From Pelomyxa schiedti (taxonomy: Eukaryota; Protista; Evosea), in NCBI GenBank assembly GCA_020536535.1, contig JAHLWZ010000842.1, positions 1-64,000 on the forward strand: a stretch of 64,000 bases of DNA, written 5' to 3'. Position numbers and translations under genes: made by a program. Under the pieces are notes generated by a model that ran no database searches, was not told the DNA's origin, and saw only the letters and a program-made list of their open reading frames with translations. Within the stretch, counting starts at the first letter, position 1. Every line of letters starts with the position of its first letter. Positions 63,002 through 64,000 of the stretch are shown one piece after another.

Positions 63002-64000
63002 ATGATTAATATATGGCTGTTGGTGCTGATGATCGTATTTCCGATCGTCCTTCTTGCGGCGAACGTATACTTCATCGTGTATTTCCAGCACATCGACGAT
63101 AAGTACGCTGCATGGGCAGCAAAGGCCGTAGTGGTACGTGCTTTTTGCAGCCTAGATAGGCTTTACAACTTGGTTTTTTCTTTCTCTTACTTTCAAAGTT
63201 GGTTAGCTTGGAACTCTCCGAATGTAGCATTCTGATGCTCCCTTTGGATGTACTTAGAATTCTAAGACGGACTCCAGCATTAACCTCCTTCCCAAGGTTG
63301 CAAACCGCGGCCCCCCAGACGGCGAAATTCCTATGGATATAATATGGCTAGTTGTTTACATCACAATGGCTGCCCTGGCAATTATAGTAGTTCCATTCTC
63401 CATGTTTTATTATGAATCTGAGGAAGCAGAAAACAACTCGTATGACTTCCTAGTACTTGTTACACAATTAATTTTGTTTTAAGGATATGTAAGCAAATAC
63501 GCGGTGGCATATGCGGGGTCGTAGTGGTTCTTATCATTTTCACGATCGTTTTTGTGGTGTCCTATATCTTCTTTGGTGTTGCTGAGGTTCCAGTACAGCG
63601 CTTACTCTGTGGCTCGATATCGGATTTAATACCTACTTCTGATTGCCCTCAGGTACACTGAATCACGTTTGTCACACTTACTAACTCGGATAGTGTGCCA
63701 GTTCGAATATTAACACCAACATTAGAGTTAGCCCCGCCCTTTATGTAATTTCGACTGTAACATTCTTTGGGTTGACTCCTTACTTTCACTACTCTGACTC
63801 ACTTTATTTCTCAGGTGGTTTTTAATGATTATTATGGGAGGGATTGGTCTTGCTGCCCTGCCATTCGATCTCATTGCAGATTTTAAATATCGACCTCGGA
63901 CAATTAGTGAAGACACGTTAGGCGCAGGACATGGTTATCAGCTCTAACATTCCACAGCTTCACGAAGCACAAGCACGAACTCGCAAAGCAAGTTCTAGAA
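63002..64000 (+). CDS. LMBR1/LIMR-family membrane protein (truncated by window end)
   Basis: [53 protein letters not shown]. Confidence 0.9.

Overview
Gene-dense eukaryotic nuclear DNA with about 29 intron-rich protein-coding genes in 64 kb. Most introns are ~40-60 nt, so the ORF track only shows fragments; I spliced the gene models by eye and exon boundaries are provisional. The content points to an anaerobic amoebozoan with a mitochondrion-related organelle, probably an archamoeba such as Pelomyxa (inference): a Desulfovibrio-type ATP sulfurylase with a presequence, an MPP alpha subunit, and several prokaryote-like enzymes that now carry introns. Other recognisable genes include an ATP-grasp ligase, BET-type bromodomain, GRAM and HMG-box proteins, an SDR, a Rab, a triple-RGS protein, eIF4A, riboflavin kinase, TM2D, DAP1, VIT-vWA, TauE/SafE, TARG1/OARD1, isochorismatase, leishmanolysin, VPS13, calcineurin A, a ferritin-like protein, a SAM methyltransferase and LMBR1. 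Main leads: (1) a DAP1-like candidate ribosome-dormancy factor; (2) three genes whose likely first exon lacks an in-frame AUG and shows UUG, GUG or ACG instead; (3) relaxed 3' splice sites (AAG/GAG, often after A-runs) plus GC-AG introns; (4) a head-to-head TARG1/nicotinamidase-like pair; (5) two hairpin-rich intergenic segments; (6) CpG-island-like 5' ends; (7) a frameshifted ferritin-like gene. I saw no tRNA, rRNA, CRISPR array or transposase.
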